Assembly: GCA_010015805.1 (NCBI GenBank)
Contig: ML978137.1
Location: 248,001-312,000, forward strand
From: Rhizodiscina lignyota
Lineage: Eukaryota
Reading direction: 5' to 3'
DNA: 64,000 nucleotides
Notes under the pieces: model-generated
What the model saw: only the letters and a program-made list of their open reading frames with translations
Told to the model about the DNA's origin: nothing
The model's database searches: none
In this document: positions 12,634 to 24,992 of the stretch, in pieces
How the letters are laid out: every line of letters starts with the position of its first letter
Numbering within the stretch: position 1 is the first letter of the stretch
Program-made: the position numbers and the translations under genes

Positions 12634-14524
12634 CTAGTACGCGTACCGGAAAAGTGGGCTGCGGTCACCCAGTGCCAAGAGCTCGGATTCAGTGTATTTG
12701 GCACGGATCTCCTCTTCAGTCATCCTGTCGCGCTTGTCGTTGATCCTCTTGTATGCCCAACGAAGGACCAAGGCACATGTCGCACCCACGATCATGATTG
12801 AGAAACAGAAACCATAGCCGACGTAGTAGTGAGGCTTCATCCTGTCAAGATAGATATTTGACCCAATAAGGCCGCCGCCAAGATTGCCCATGGAAACCAA
12901 GAGTCCCATACCGACAGCGCGTTTGGAAGAAGGCGCAAGATTGTTTGCTGTTTGGAGTGCCAAGTCAGTGGGCCTGTAACACGAGATACTCTAAGAGGTC
13001 AAGGACTGGAATTGCGAGAGTAGACTTACCAATGAAGCCAAGGGTAGGAATGAGACCCGAATAGATGCCGGTAGCCGCAGGGAAGAGTAGACCGTAAGTA
13101 AGGCCAGGTAGACCTGGATGTGGGACAAAAATGAGTGCAAGGAAGCCTGCGGCTCCGAAGTAATAGGCGGCAGCGATAACGTATGCGCGAGTCTGATATT
13201 TATCGGAGATCCAAGCGCAGAACAGAACTCCAAGGAGTGCGCAAAGGTAGATCGGTATCGTCATCAGTTGCTAATGTCGATGTCAGCACAAGATTCTTGT
13301 TTCGATTCTAAGGCTCCTTACGGCGTTCGCGGCAGAATAGCCGAGTTCAACAATCACAGATGGAACTGTATATGTAAAGCTTTGTTTTGTCAGATAGAGA
13401 ACTCATTGACAAGGCTGCACACTTACCCGTAGACTGTGACACTGTTGGCCCACCAAGTGAGCACAGCAACCCAAATCTTCCACTCTTTCATTGCAGACCA
13501 AAAGTGGGCCATGGTGATTGGATCCTCGTTTGTCACACGGCCACGCCCCGATCCGGTCTCAACCTGAAGTCGGCTGATAATAAACTGCCGTTCGACCTTG
13601 TTGAGGAACTTGGCATTCAGTGGGCCGCCAGGGAGAGTAAAGAGAGCGATGCAGCCGATGACGACTGTCGCAATCCCCTCGAGAATAAAGATCCTTCATC
13701 GAAAGTCAGTGGGTGCTGCGAAGATGTTTTGAAAGAAAACGTACCATCTCCATCCACCAAGGCCTGAGACCCCATCCATTTTAGTAATCGCAAAAGCAAG
13801 TAGTCCAGAAAATGCGCCAGACAGAGAGGCGCCAAAGTAAAATATGGCCATCCGGAACTGTACTTCGTATCGCTTATACCACAGGGTAAGCAAATACGTT
13901 GCGCCGGGGAACAGACCAGCCTTGTAACGTTAGTCTTTTCCTGCGCAATGAACTGAGAAGGGCGCATACCTCTGCAACACCAAGGAAGAATCTGGCGGCG
14001 TATAGTCCTTCCTTACTTTGAGTGATACCCATGAGAGTCATAATGACACCCCATGCGACCATTATGCCAGCGATCCAGAGACCAGCCGGCACTAGCTTCA
14101 AGAGCATGTTGCTGGGGACTTCAAAGAGAGAATAGGAAACGAAGAATGTTGTCAAGGCAATGTTATAATCCAGGCCAACGAGTTTCAGATCTTCAGTCAT
14201 TCCCGCAATCTTTGCATTTCCGACTGGAAAGCGTTAGCAACTGAACCCGCACGCAAGACTGGCGGAAGGGAAAAGCTTACTGTTACTCCGATCAAGGAAC
14301 GCCATCAAGTACAATATAGTCAACTGTGGGACTAACAACCAGTCTACCTTCCTTAAAATTCTTTTTTCTTCCGCAGGACTCAGCTCAACGAGAGCCAACT
14401 CGGTCTCTTCGAGGTCGGTGATGTGTCCATGTTTCATAACAAGGTCATCGATCGTGTGTCCTCCATGTTCTCCGGGCACCTCCTCGAGGTGGTGCTTCTC
14501 GGTTTTTTCTTCCATCATAGCCAT
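12634..14524 (-). CDS. MFS transporter, anion:cation symporter family (Dal5/Tna1-like), multi-exon
   Basis: ILRKVDW..LYLMAFLDRSN|IGNAKIAGM, LFEVPSNMLLK, ARFFLGVAE|AG, WYKRYE..R, GLGGWRW and the C-terminal LGDRSPLFRY. First introns: 14280-14224 and 13969-13921. Confidence 0.93.
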
Positions 14525-14840
14525 GATGAAAAGCGAACAAATTGTCCAAACTGAATATTACAAAGGACAGGAGAGAGAGAGAGGGAAGAGAGTCACCAGC
14601 CGGTCGTCAGGAACTTGGTCAGACGGAAATCATCGCCTTTATGGCACCGAAGCCCTGAGCCCGACGACTCGTGTACACCATACCACGATAGTAAACACTG
14701 CGGAGAACCATGGCAACTCCACCTCGGCGGTTTTCTAAGCAGGTGAGATCCTGGTCGACGGTGGTCGACGGTATCTAAAGCCAGCTAAGGATTGCCAGTT
14801 TGCTTGGGCCTAGACCCTTGGAGGCTTGGCAAGGATTAAT

Positions 14841-14885
14841 CCGGGGAAGCTGGGGAAGCTGGGGAACTCTAAAGGAGACGTGGGG
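14841..14885. promoter_or_regulatory. Cluster of four SYGGRG (CreA/Mig1-type) sites upstream of the MFS gene
   Basis: CCGGGG, CTGGGG, CTGGGG (tandem GGGGAAGCT units) and GTGGGG lie about 320-360 bp upstream of the transporter start. Confidence 0.4.
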
Positions 14886-16641
14886 ATCGAGCCGAACTTT
14901 CACACCAACTTTTGAATGTTCGCCGAACAGATGTGGGTCAGACTCCTGGCTACGTTTCCTGACTCGTTGACCCACCCAGTAATGATTGGGCATGTGCCCT
15001 CGTCATGTTCTGGGCGCGTGGTAGATACTTAGCCTATTGGCAGCGGCGTCATCTGGCCATCCTCTTGAGCGAGGAACAAATGAACGTTAGACCGCAAATT
15101 GAACTCGATTATGGAAAAGTGACGATGCGTAGATTACGAACGGCCAGAAGCCCGAAAAAGACTACGAAGTAGGGCCGGTGCTACAGGCGGATGGCTGACG
15201 ACTTGCTTGGTCTCTTCTTAGGTGGTGCCTGCCAAGGGGCGGCTGAGCAGTTCGACGGCGAAATTCGGCGGAGAAATCGTGAACAAGGCGGAAATAAGTA
15301 GTATTCTGCTCTAACGGATGTTGTAAAGCCGCGGACTGGCGCGGAACGCAGCCTTTTCGGCGATTCTTGATGGAATGAAGCTGTCTTGGTCAACCACATC
15401 GTGAGATCGATGCGGACGAAGCTTCCCCAATACGACCGGGCCGCCAAGCCAGGCATAAGCCGACGCACTCCGCAAGCTGCACCCCAGAGCTACCCCAGAG
15501 CTAGCGCTGCATCGATGCATCCGCGATGAAGTGATGGACGTCCAACATTCCAGCCAACATGCGTGGACGCTAGCGCCAGTCACTCACCAAAGCCACGGCT
15601 CGGTTGCGGTGATTGACCCGATTGTCTGGTTCCATTCGCGATTCTACATCAACAGGATCGAACTGGGCACAAGCATGAGCAGATAGGTGTGTGGAAGCTG
15701 AGAGTGTGCGGAGTGTGCGCCGTGCCTAGAATCTCAATCAGTAGAGAAGGCTGCCGAAGTGGCTGCGCGAGGTTGAGCCGCAGTGGAGCCGAGCCAGCAC
15801 GGCCATGCCCACGTGGCTCCGCACTTTGCTACCTTATCACAACCACGCAGCACTAAACACGACTCGTCAGACCGTCGAGACCGTCTGGTACGATATCACG
15901 CGTACCAGCTTATCAGGGCTGCACTAGGCCCGGCGTTTATGGTCATTTCGCCGCTGGCGCCAAAATGGTTTGGAGCTGAGACACAGGGGCGCGGCCAGAG
16001 CGTCTGCATTTGCGCTCAGGGGACCAGTACCAGTCCACCTCGTGGACGATGACTCTGCTCCTCCAAAGTGTACAGAGGGCTTCTGCTTCAAGGCGCCGAC
16101 TTTGCCATCGCTTCCTACATATGTATATCCATCTCTTTCATGACTTTCATTCTGCCGCTATTTCTAGCAGTTTAGCATCGCGTGAGAATTGTTCCACTTT
16201 ACTGGTTTTAGACGCCGTCTGAGGGAGACCTGAAACCCGCAACGCAACACGCCTCTGCCATTGGGCCAACAAGCTTGCACACTGATGGAAACATCACAAA
16301 ACTGATCGTCCTTTCTCTCTCCCGTACGCGCAATGGTAGCAAGTCCCAAGACCCTTTAAACCTTACCCTGCCCGTCTGGTGAAGTAAGTGAGATTGCCCT
16401 TTCTTTCCTCTCTGCGTCAGTTGCATCACATCATTCTCGACGACGTTCTTTACACGCTTTAATATCTCGCACTCTGCATTTACTTTCAACCGAGACCTCA
16501 ACAGCGCACGCAGGCTACGAACGCGCTCTCTCACCTTAACTGTCTGGCACACTCCGAAATCGTCGACCGATCTCCCGCTCTCGTCCGGATAGCTGCCCGG
16601 CATTACCAGTTCGACAGCGACGCACCTCATCACCAATCAAA

Positions 16642-16872
16642 ATGTTCGAAGTTCTCAAGCCAATTCTCACGCCGGAGGCCCTGCGACTCATCCAGCAGAA
16701 ACCCAGTCTTTTCTTCGGAGCAATCGCCTGGTTGCTGACCATCATTTTCCTCTGCGTCGTGTGTTGGTACATCAGTTACGCTACGGGCAAGGCGTACAGG
16801 AAACCCAAGGACAAGAATGCCCCATCAGGCATGACAAAGCTGCTCGGCAAAATCCCATCCTTTAAGAAATGA
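16642..16872 (+). CDS. Small single-pass membrane protein (76 aa)
   Basis: Good start context (CAAAATG), one hydrophobic helix (LFFGAIAWLLTIIFLCVVCWYI) and a Lys-rich tail. Confidence 0.6.
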   Translation: MFEVLKPILTPEALRLIQQKPSLFFGAIAWLLTIIFLCVVCWYISYATGKAYRKPKDKNAPSGMTKLLGKIPSFKK

Positions 16873-17168
16873 ACATGGAACGACGGACATGGAGGGGCTT
16901 AAACGGAGGAGAAGATGACGAAGACGGCAAACTTGCTACACAATACCAATACTCTTAGGCGCACGGGAAGGCGCGCGGGAGTGTATCATATGGAACCTTA
17001 CACGACGATCTACCACGTTCTCTTATAGAATAGAATGGCATTTTTCTCATCGCTACTGGTTGGCCTTCTCAAATAGCTAATTCAGATTCATCCTCTTTTC
17101 CACTCCACTCTTGTATCTATTGTTGCTCCAGCAAGATCATGTGGTAACATCCGAAGCAGAAGGTGCGT

Positions 17169-18353
17169 TCAGAACCTCGCCAATGCAGCCAGGTCTCCGC
17201 CTCTGACAGGAAGCCCAAGCTGTTCTCCAACGCGCTCAGGCACATACTCGTCTCGCGCTTTCACAGCCATCCAGTCCTCAAAAGAAACATCCCTCGTCTG
17301 GATTGCCGGGTTATGACCAAGCCGCTCTCTTCCATCTCTCAAATGCTCAATCATCTTCCACTCCGGAGCGGTCTTGCCGTCGGCACGGCACAGAACGATC
17401 ACGTACGCGGTTCCGTCTACTCTGATTGTGGAATGCAGGAAATCCTTTCCTGGCGGTGCTGGCATATTATGCGCCCATCCACGGAGTCGCCAAACTATCC
17501 CGGGCATGAGCTTGAACAGAAATGTTCGACTGACGGCGTGACTCACCCAGCTCACATAATTGTGCTAACCCAGAACTTTCTACAGACCGAGTCGATATCA
17601 ACGATGCCCCTGAGGGATCCCCAATAGCTTGCTTGACATTCGAATACGATGCAGACCTTGTGTTGGCAATCTGTACATCACTATGAGCCAAATTGGCATG
17701 CTGGAGAGCCGTCGCAATTGCGGTCTTGACTGCAAATATTTCGCTGCCAGGATTTCGAGAGTATATGGGACCGACCAGCTGTGACGAGGTGATCAAGATG
17801 GACGAGTCTTTGGCGTACGCATGAGACATGAGAAAATTGTGTGAAACGAGGATAATGGCGACAGCGGCAATCTGTAACTTGTCAGATGTCTGTAATGACG
17901 ACAAGTAACTTATCTTACGGCGCCTGTACCTGGGTATCATTTGTTTCCGCATGGCATCCTTGTGGCGGCTTCTGCATACTCTTGTCAAACTCTACACAAT
18001 AGCAGGTGTCTTTGGCAATGCTCTTGAGAAAATACCTTGTCGAATCCTACCATCATCGTACAATTTACTTGACCGGATCTGATAGGTTGACTTGCTAAAA
18101 ACAAACCCGAATGACAATCCACCTCACTAATGGGAGCGCCCGTTCTGCCAAAGCTTTCAATGCTGGATCTGAGAACCTTAACATTATCGTCAATGAAACC
18201 GGCAAAACAGTGATTGACATCACCATAAGTTATGCCCGCATCCAAAAGTGCTTTCGTTTCCGCCGAGACGACGTGCTTTTGAACGGTGGCAGCTGAGCCG
18301 CGCCCTTCGAAGTACGACAGGCCAACGCCAGCTATGTATACTGGCGAAGCCAT
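17169..18353 (-). CDS. Divergent SCP2/SCPx-type thiolase-like protein, about 4 exons
   Basis: N-terminus MASPVYIAGVGLS..TKALLDAGITYGDV..FGRTGAPI, plus GLAQLCEL|VWRLRGWA (joined across a GTGAGT..TAG intron), are SCPx-thiolase motifs. The protein ends in -ARF. Confidence 0.75.
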
Positions 18354-18455
18354 TTTTCTGTCAAACTATCGTTCTACACTCATCCCTCTGCTTCATCAGC
18401 TTTTTCAATCGACATGAGCACTCCACATAAGCTCACACAAGACCTCGCCGCTCGC

Positions 18456-18643
18456 CCTCGGAATGATTATCCCCGCAAAACCTCCCTATCTACCCGGCAT
18501 ACCCCACCTAATGCTTCAAAGTACCGCCTTTTGCGGAGCCGCATCTTATAGTATCAATTCTAAATGGAAGGTTTCTACAAGGTTTGCATTAATATTGTCA
18601 TTAGATGTCCCACGGTCTGGACGATAATCTACTGTTCCCTCGG
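18456..18643. promoter_or_regulatory. Two CCTCGG (FarA/Ctf1-type) motifs in the divergent promoter
   Basis: CCTCGG at 18456-18461 and 18638-18643, between the thiolase-like and acyl-CoA ligase starts. Confidence 0.45.
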
Positions 18644-18757
18644 CTGTATGTCTCTCACCGCAGTCGGCCGAACGGCATCGTAATATCTTACTTTCGACGA
18701 CGTCTGAATAAATAAGCCAATTAAAGATTTGGCTTGAATTCGAATTGCACTCTAAAC

Positions 18758-20799
18758 ATGGTCTCCAAATCAAATGAAAATGCGGCCGCTCAGGCAGCAA
18801 GACCTCTGTCGATTGTATATGGGCCATCAGCGCCTGTGCCACTTTACATGACATTTGGCCAGCTTCTTGACTACCATAGTAGAGTCAGAGGTGACCGACC
18901 GGCAGTGATATCGCATCCACAGAACATCACCCTATCATTTCGACGACTACAGGAGCGCAGTCTTCAATTGGCAAGAGCAATGGCACATGATGGCGTTAGG
19001 AAGGGTGACTTGATAGCCATCGCTATGGGCAGTCGGGTTGAGTACTTTGAGGTATCTCGATTTGACTTCTACGACAGAATATGGAGTCTGACAAAGAGTC
19101 GAAATGTATAGGTCTTCTTCGCTTGTGCATATTTGGGAGCCGCCGCTGTCTTGCTAAATTATGCTTATGCGGAAGCCGAGATGGTGACCCTCCTGAAAAT
19201 CATTGGTATGACGATGACAACCACCATATCACTCATCGATGAAATTATGATAAACAATTTTGACCTTCTGCAGGCCCCAAGATGTTCTTTGCTCCCGCTG
19301 GCTTCGCATACTACGACTATACCAAGCTAATCCCAAAGCTCGACAGAGAAATACCGGAGTTGAACAAGTTCATCATTCTGAAAGACATTGCTGGAAAATA
19401 TGAGTTTTCAGAACAGCTGCCGAAATACGTATATTATGAAAATTACATGCGGCAGTTCGAAGGCTCGGCTGAAGCGCTTCTCAAAGTCGACATCTCACCG
19501 CACGACATGGTCAACGTGCAGTTCACTTCCGGAAGTACGGGATTGCCGAAGAACGTTGCGCTTTCACACTACAACATTATGAACTGCGGGAGATATATTT
19601 GGCAGCAGGTGAGAATGACCGATCAAGATCGGGTCTGTTTGCCTGTTCCACTGTTCCACAGTTTTGGGATGATAGTTGGTGAGTGAGATGCCATGATACT
19701 GAAATGCAGATATCTCATGCGGCAACAAACAGGCGTTAGCTCCAGCACAGTCGCTGGCTCCGCTCTCGTACTGCCAAGCGAAATCTTTAATACAGAAAAG
19801 ACATTGGAGTGTATAGAAAAGTACCGCTGTACCGCCGTATACGGAGTACCTACCATGTTCGTTACGGAAATGGGCCATAAGGATTTCGAGAAAAGAGACA
19901 GATCGTCTATCAAGTATGAGGACACCGATATTCGAAGCAGTCGCACCCTTGGGCTAACTTGAATGTGTTGCCGCAGGTTCGGAATAATAGCCGGTGCAGC
20001 GATGCCTCCAGAGCTGCTTAAGCGTATCGTTGGCAAATTCCCGATTCCACGCCTTTACACATGTTGGGGCATGACTGAACTTTCGTCCTTTGTGACCATG
20101 ATGCACGAGACGGACCCCTTTGAAAAGCGGATACAAACCGCCGGCCGCCTCTTCCCGAACTACATAGGGAAGATCGTGAAACCCAACACCGGCGAGGTTC
20201 TGCCATGGGGCGACAGGGGTGAGATAGTCATCAGCGGGCCGGGCCAGATGTTAGAGTACATGCGCGACAAGAAGAAGACGGACGAGACGTTGCGGTATCA
20301 CCAGGAGGATCTGCTACCAGAGGGTGTCGGAGGCCTCGGGGACGGCACGGTACTGCGCAGGTGGATGCACACCGGCGATGAAGGCTTCCTGGATCCGGAC
20401 GGGTATTTTGTGATCTCGGGGCGAATTAAAGACATTGTGATTCGTGGCGGAGAGAACATCTCGCCGATGGAGATTGAAGAGCGATTGATCGAGCACGACG
20501 CCATTGCGCAGGCTTCAGTCATTGGTGTGCCGGATGAGAAATACGGCGAAGAGCTCGGTGCGTTCGTCGAGTTGCAGCCCAACTGCTCCAAGCCGAGCGA
20601 TGACGAGATGAGGTCGTTCGTGCGCGAGAAGCTCGCGAGGTTCAAGGCGCCGCGATACTTTTGGTGGATAGGAGGAGAAGACAAGGCGATCCCGGAGGAC
20701 TGGCCGAAGACGGCGAGCGGGAAGATCTCGAAACCGCATTTGAGGGAGCTTGTTAAGGGTATGTCTAACCCACCTCCTGAAGAGCCGGCAATCTCATAA
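18758..20799 (+). CDS. AMP-dependent acyl-CoA synthetase (ACSF2-like), multi-exon
   Basis: QFTSGSTGLPK P-loop, PVPLFHSFG, YGVPTMF, WGMTE, MHTGD, GRIKDIVIRGGENI and PKTASGKI. Confidence 0.93.
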
Positions 20800-21508
20800 T
20801 TAGACCTAGATTTGAAGTTGTAAAATTGAGACTGTAACAGTCAAGGTCCATGAGCTCTTGCACTGCAACGCATGTGAGACTATCTCCGGGATCTCAATTC
20901 TTCGCTCTCGGAAATGTATATGCGCCACAGCTGAACAGCTGCGCAATTATCATCGTTTACCTGTTCATTTCTTGAGTGCATGTGAGGTTGTCAGGTGAAT
21001 CCTTACATCACATTTCAGAGGGGCCGGGGGACAGCCTGGGGCACCAGAATTCAGGCAAACAAACACATGTACCACATACCATTGCAACATATTCCCCAAA
21101 ACTTTCCGCCACCGCTCCCCTCTTCTTCTGTTCAAATGCCAATGCACTGTATCTCTCCGACAGTCTGTTCCCGGTATCGTGGATAAACCATCACCATGCC
21201 TTCTTCAAGAGGTACCTGGAATAACGATGAGCCAAGCCAAATTAAATGCAAGAGGTCGAACAGTTGGGACTCCGAAGTCGTCGTCTTCATTGATTCAATA
21301 GATCGATTGTATCTCGAGGCCAAATCAAAGGTGGAGACGGTCAAAGCTATTTGGGCCCAAAATATCTCAAGATAGTATCGAGAATGACCGATGGAACAGC
21401 ACAAGCAAGGAGTGAGATTCCCATCCATCAGACAGGGAACAAGCAGCATATATACGTAACCTCGGAACCCACGAAGTCTAGCGGGAACGACAAATATTTA
21501 GAATACCT

Positions 21509-21836
21509 CGCGACGGTGGATCTCAACAAGCTCGGCGCGGCGTGCACAGTGAAGCGCTTGGCTCGAAAGGTCACAAAACTTCATGTGTTCGGTCGCTTCC
21601 TTGAGCTGCGGGATGTTGGAGGCGACCGGCTCGCTGTTGAGCAGTGTGAGTGTCGGGAATTAATACTCTTGCAGCTAGGTTATGGCGTCCCTGGCGGTCT
21701 CGTTCCGTTGAAAGTAGCATTCGTAGTGCATGTTCCAGTCATAATATTCGCCTTGTTTTGCGTTGCACAGCATGTAGAAGAAAGGATACCACGTCGAAAA
21801 CGATCGAAAGTAGAAGTACCAACCGTTTCGAGAACC
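21509..21836 (-). pseudogene. Exon-like remnant of an unidentified gene with two in-frame stops
   Basis: Between a TGTAG acceptor and a GTATTC donor, the frame reads SRNGWYFYFRSFSTWYPFFYMLCNAKQGEYYDWNMHYECYFQRNETARDAIT*LQEY*FPTLTLL..VEIHRRE. Confidence 0.35.
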
Positions 21837-22239
21837 TACACTTTTAGAGAGGCAGTAACTACCTCCAGAATTTTAGTATCGAATCCCTAGCTACACTGCT
21901 TCATATCGGTGGGATCTGTGCTATCAGTCGCTATGAAGCAACTAAAATCCCACTCACCGAGAGAAAAAGAAAAGAAAAAGACGGCCGCAAATCCAGACCA
22001 CGCCTCTTTCCGATGCCCTGGGAAAGGCCATTGACGCAAGTGTGGCGACTGAATTGACGACGAGTCAGAACTGCAGAACCCATGCGTAACCAGAGACTCA
22101 GCTGACCCAAAGTCCATTTTGCCAACCCCTTCATCCGCTGTTCATTTGCTCTATGCTGATGTCGAACGCTTCATGTGCGCACTGGATGCATATAATAATG
22201 CTACTAGTGAACAGTGTGATAAGTTCCAGATGTTCCATC

Positions 22240-23622
22240 TCAGGAAGACTTATCGACTACATCGTCTTGACCAACTGCGATGCCGGTGACGGAACCACTA
22301 ACATCACCCAACACTGTCTCCCCTTTGTGACCTCCAGTGAACCCATACTTGGATAGTGTTGCCATCTTCTCTTCCGGGCTCACTTCGTTGTCCGAGTACA
22401 CAAGGCGGGTATTCTTGTCCTTCTTTGACTTCTTGTCGGTCTGCGCGTCCGTTGCAGCGTGCGTGCCATTGCTCGTACCCGCCTGTGTCTGATTTGCAAC
22501 ACTCGAGATAAGATCGTCGACAGAGGTTGCATTGCCATCTGGAGGTGGCTGTTGGCCGTAATGTGGTGGGTAGCCGTTTCCAGGTTGTCCTCCAAAGTTG
22601 GGCCTCTGCGGAAGACCTGCGACGTTCGGGATGCTTGGTTGGCGCTGTTGATGGTTGTGGAATGGGAGAGGTGGCGATCCAGCAACATACTGTGGAGGTG
22701 GAGCGCCTGGGAAGCCGGGTTGGAATGGGGGTGCACCTGGCTGCGGACCGGGGAAGCCACCTGGGTATTGGCCGTTGGGAGGGCTGAAGCTTTGTCCGTG
22801 AGGGGGGAAGGGAGGCTGCTGTCCGTAGGGTGGCTGGAAGGGAGGTTGAAATGGCGGTTGCTGGAACGCTGGTGGCGCAAAAGCACCAGGTGGAGGGCTC
22901 GCCTGCGTAGGCTGCGGTGCCGCCGAGTAGATTAGCTGGTGGCGAACTATCTGAACCTTGGTGCAATAAGAGTAGTAACTGATCTGTCAAACTTATATAG
23001 ATAGAACTTACATAGGGTCCTGGGGATTGGCTTTGACCTGGGCTCTGCGCTGCGCCCATCGGTGTTCCATCTCCAGTACTTCCAGGAGCATCGGTACCTG
23101 CCGCCTTGCGCGCTTTGAACTCTGCGAGCCGCTGCTTCAGGGAAGAAGGATCTTCCAACTTAGGGCGCTTGGGTGCATTATCACCATTCTCTCCTGGAGG
23201 GGGGTTTCCTGTCGCCTTGTGCCTCTCCGCTTGCTGTTCGTAGAATCGTTTAAGAACGGACTGCTCATGCTGCAGTTTGATGGGGTCGGGAACACCCTCC
23301 ATTCCAAAGATCTCGTGCTCAAGTGAGCTGCGCCCGTCCACAGCATTCTCAACGTGCTCGAGAGTTTCCTTGTGGACTTGGTTCATGTGAACTGCGAGAC
23401 CTTTGAGAGTGTTAGCATTAACAGTAGCTCCAATGCAATTGCACGGGCGCAAGCACCTCCTGCGGTATTCAATCGCCTTCCGCATCGATCGCACTTGAAG
23501 TGCTTCGCCTTCTGATGAGAGATCAAGATCTTCAAGTCGTCAAAGTCGCGCTCGCAGTAGTAGCACCAAGGCCTCGCGAGGACATCCTCCACGTCTGGGT
23601 GGCGGCGCTTCTTCTTCGTCAT
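22240..23622 (-). CDS. ZNF207/BuGZ-like C2H2 zinc-finger protein with Pro-rich region; exons 23622-23457, 23400-23012, ~22911-22240
   Basis: RPWCYYCERDFDDLKILISHQKAKHFKCDRCGRRLNTAG|GLAVHMNQVHKE, EIFGMEGVP, and C-terminal LVYSDNEVSPEEKMA (GLEBS-like), the last in a frame absent from the ORF track. Confidence 0.92.
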
Positions 23623-24992
23623 TCTCGTCTCAGCTAGGTAGGATCAGGTAGGTGTTAGTGTGTGTGCACGAGAAGTGAGTTGTCGAGTTTGGTGTTTTGG
23701 TGTCGGTGATGTTTTGGAGAGAAGGAAAGTAAAGTCGCGCTCTACGAGCTTAAGAGGCCAAGAAGCGTTAGCTCCGCCGAAACGCTAGCGTTGCTGACTA
23801 AGGGAACTATTCAAATATTCATTCACATCACCTCTACCTGCATGGAACTTGTCAATGAGGTTGGCGCGTCACGGCCACTGCACCTGTCGAACTTCATCGA
23901 ACTTGCACTGTGTATATGCTCTGCCACCCTCCTCGATGATATTCGTTTCACACCGTGGTGGAATGGCATTAAACACTGTAATGGCCACCGCTTGAGCGCG
24001 TACAGCATCGCCGGACTTTCTTCCTACCGGCTTCAATTCCTCCCCTCAATCGGGTTCTATTTTGCAAATATTCACGTTAGGGGATATCTTTCAACTGAAT
24101 TACATGGGCCTCTTGCTGTCTGCTCTGCCGTCGAGCTAATTGTCTCATTTTTGGCGCAAATTGCCTTCAGCTCTATCACGGATGAAAGGATAGAGACACA
24201 AAGCGCTAGCAATTACTGAGCAACACAGTACTCGACTACTCCATCCACAGGAACCCTACGAGTTCTTCTCTGAAGAGCGGCGTTTCCTTTCTGCATTTTG
24301 CAGGCGGTTGCGTCGTGGGTCGAAATACTACCATCCACCCTTGGTCGATGGCAACGTTGCTAGACTGATGGCCCTTCATAGTTCACTGCTTGCTCTCTTC
24401 TAAAGGGACAATGGAAGATGGTGACTCCTGTGCGCCTACATCACTACTTCTCAATCATCGACATATGTCTGTTGGTCTACGACTACCTAAGTTTAAATTC
24501 AAGGGTCAACTTGAGTCAATGAGCTTTGTGCCCCTTTGAACCACTGTACTTTAATTATATTAGCTAGAGAAGCACAACATTCATATCAAACCTAAAGATG
24601 ACCACACCAATTGCTCGTTCGCGTGGCGGAGTTGCTCTGGAATCTTTGGGTGGAGACTCGTCTCCGGGAGGATGAGCCTGGAGTGCGTTGCAGCTTGTTA
24701 TGTAATGATTAAATGCAATTACTAGTACCCATATCTAAGTATGCGGCTATTAACTATTACGCATCCATTGTTTCTATCTAATATATTGTCCGCGAATGTT
24801 GGGAATCAACCAGTTAACGCCCGAGGAAGTCACTCGACGCCACTCGAAGTGTGGCTGACAAATGCCAAGCATCGCAGCCTTCGCGCATTTCAAGAGCCTC
24901 AATCAACAGTCCACACCTTTAATCTTTCACTCACCTTTTGTTGATCCACAAACAGTTCACATTCCTCTAGAAGGAAAACACAACTACACAAC

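Noticed and set aside
23790..24480. ORF 23791-24219 and antisense fragments
   Set aside because: No recognisable motifs, a non-ATG start and stops in the alternative frames.
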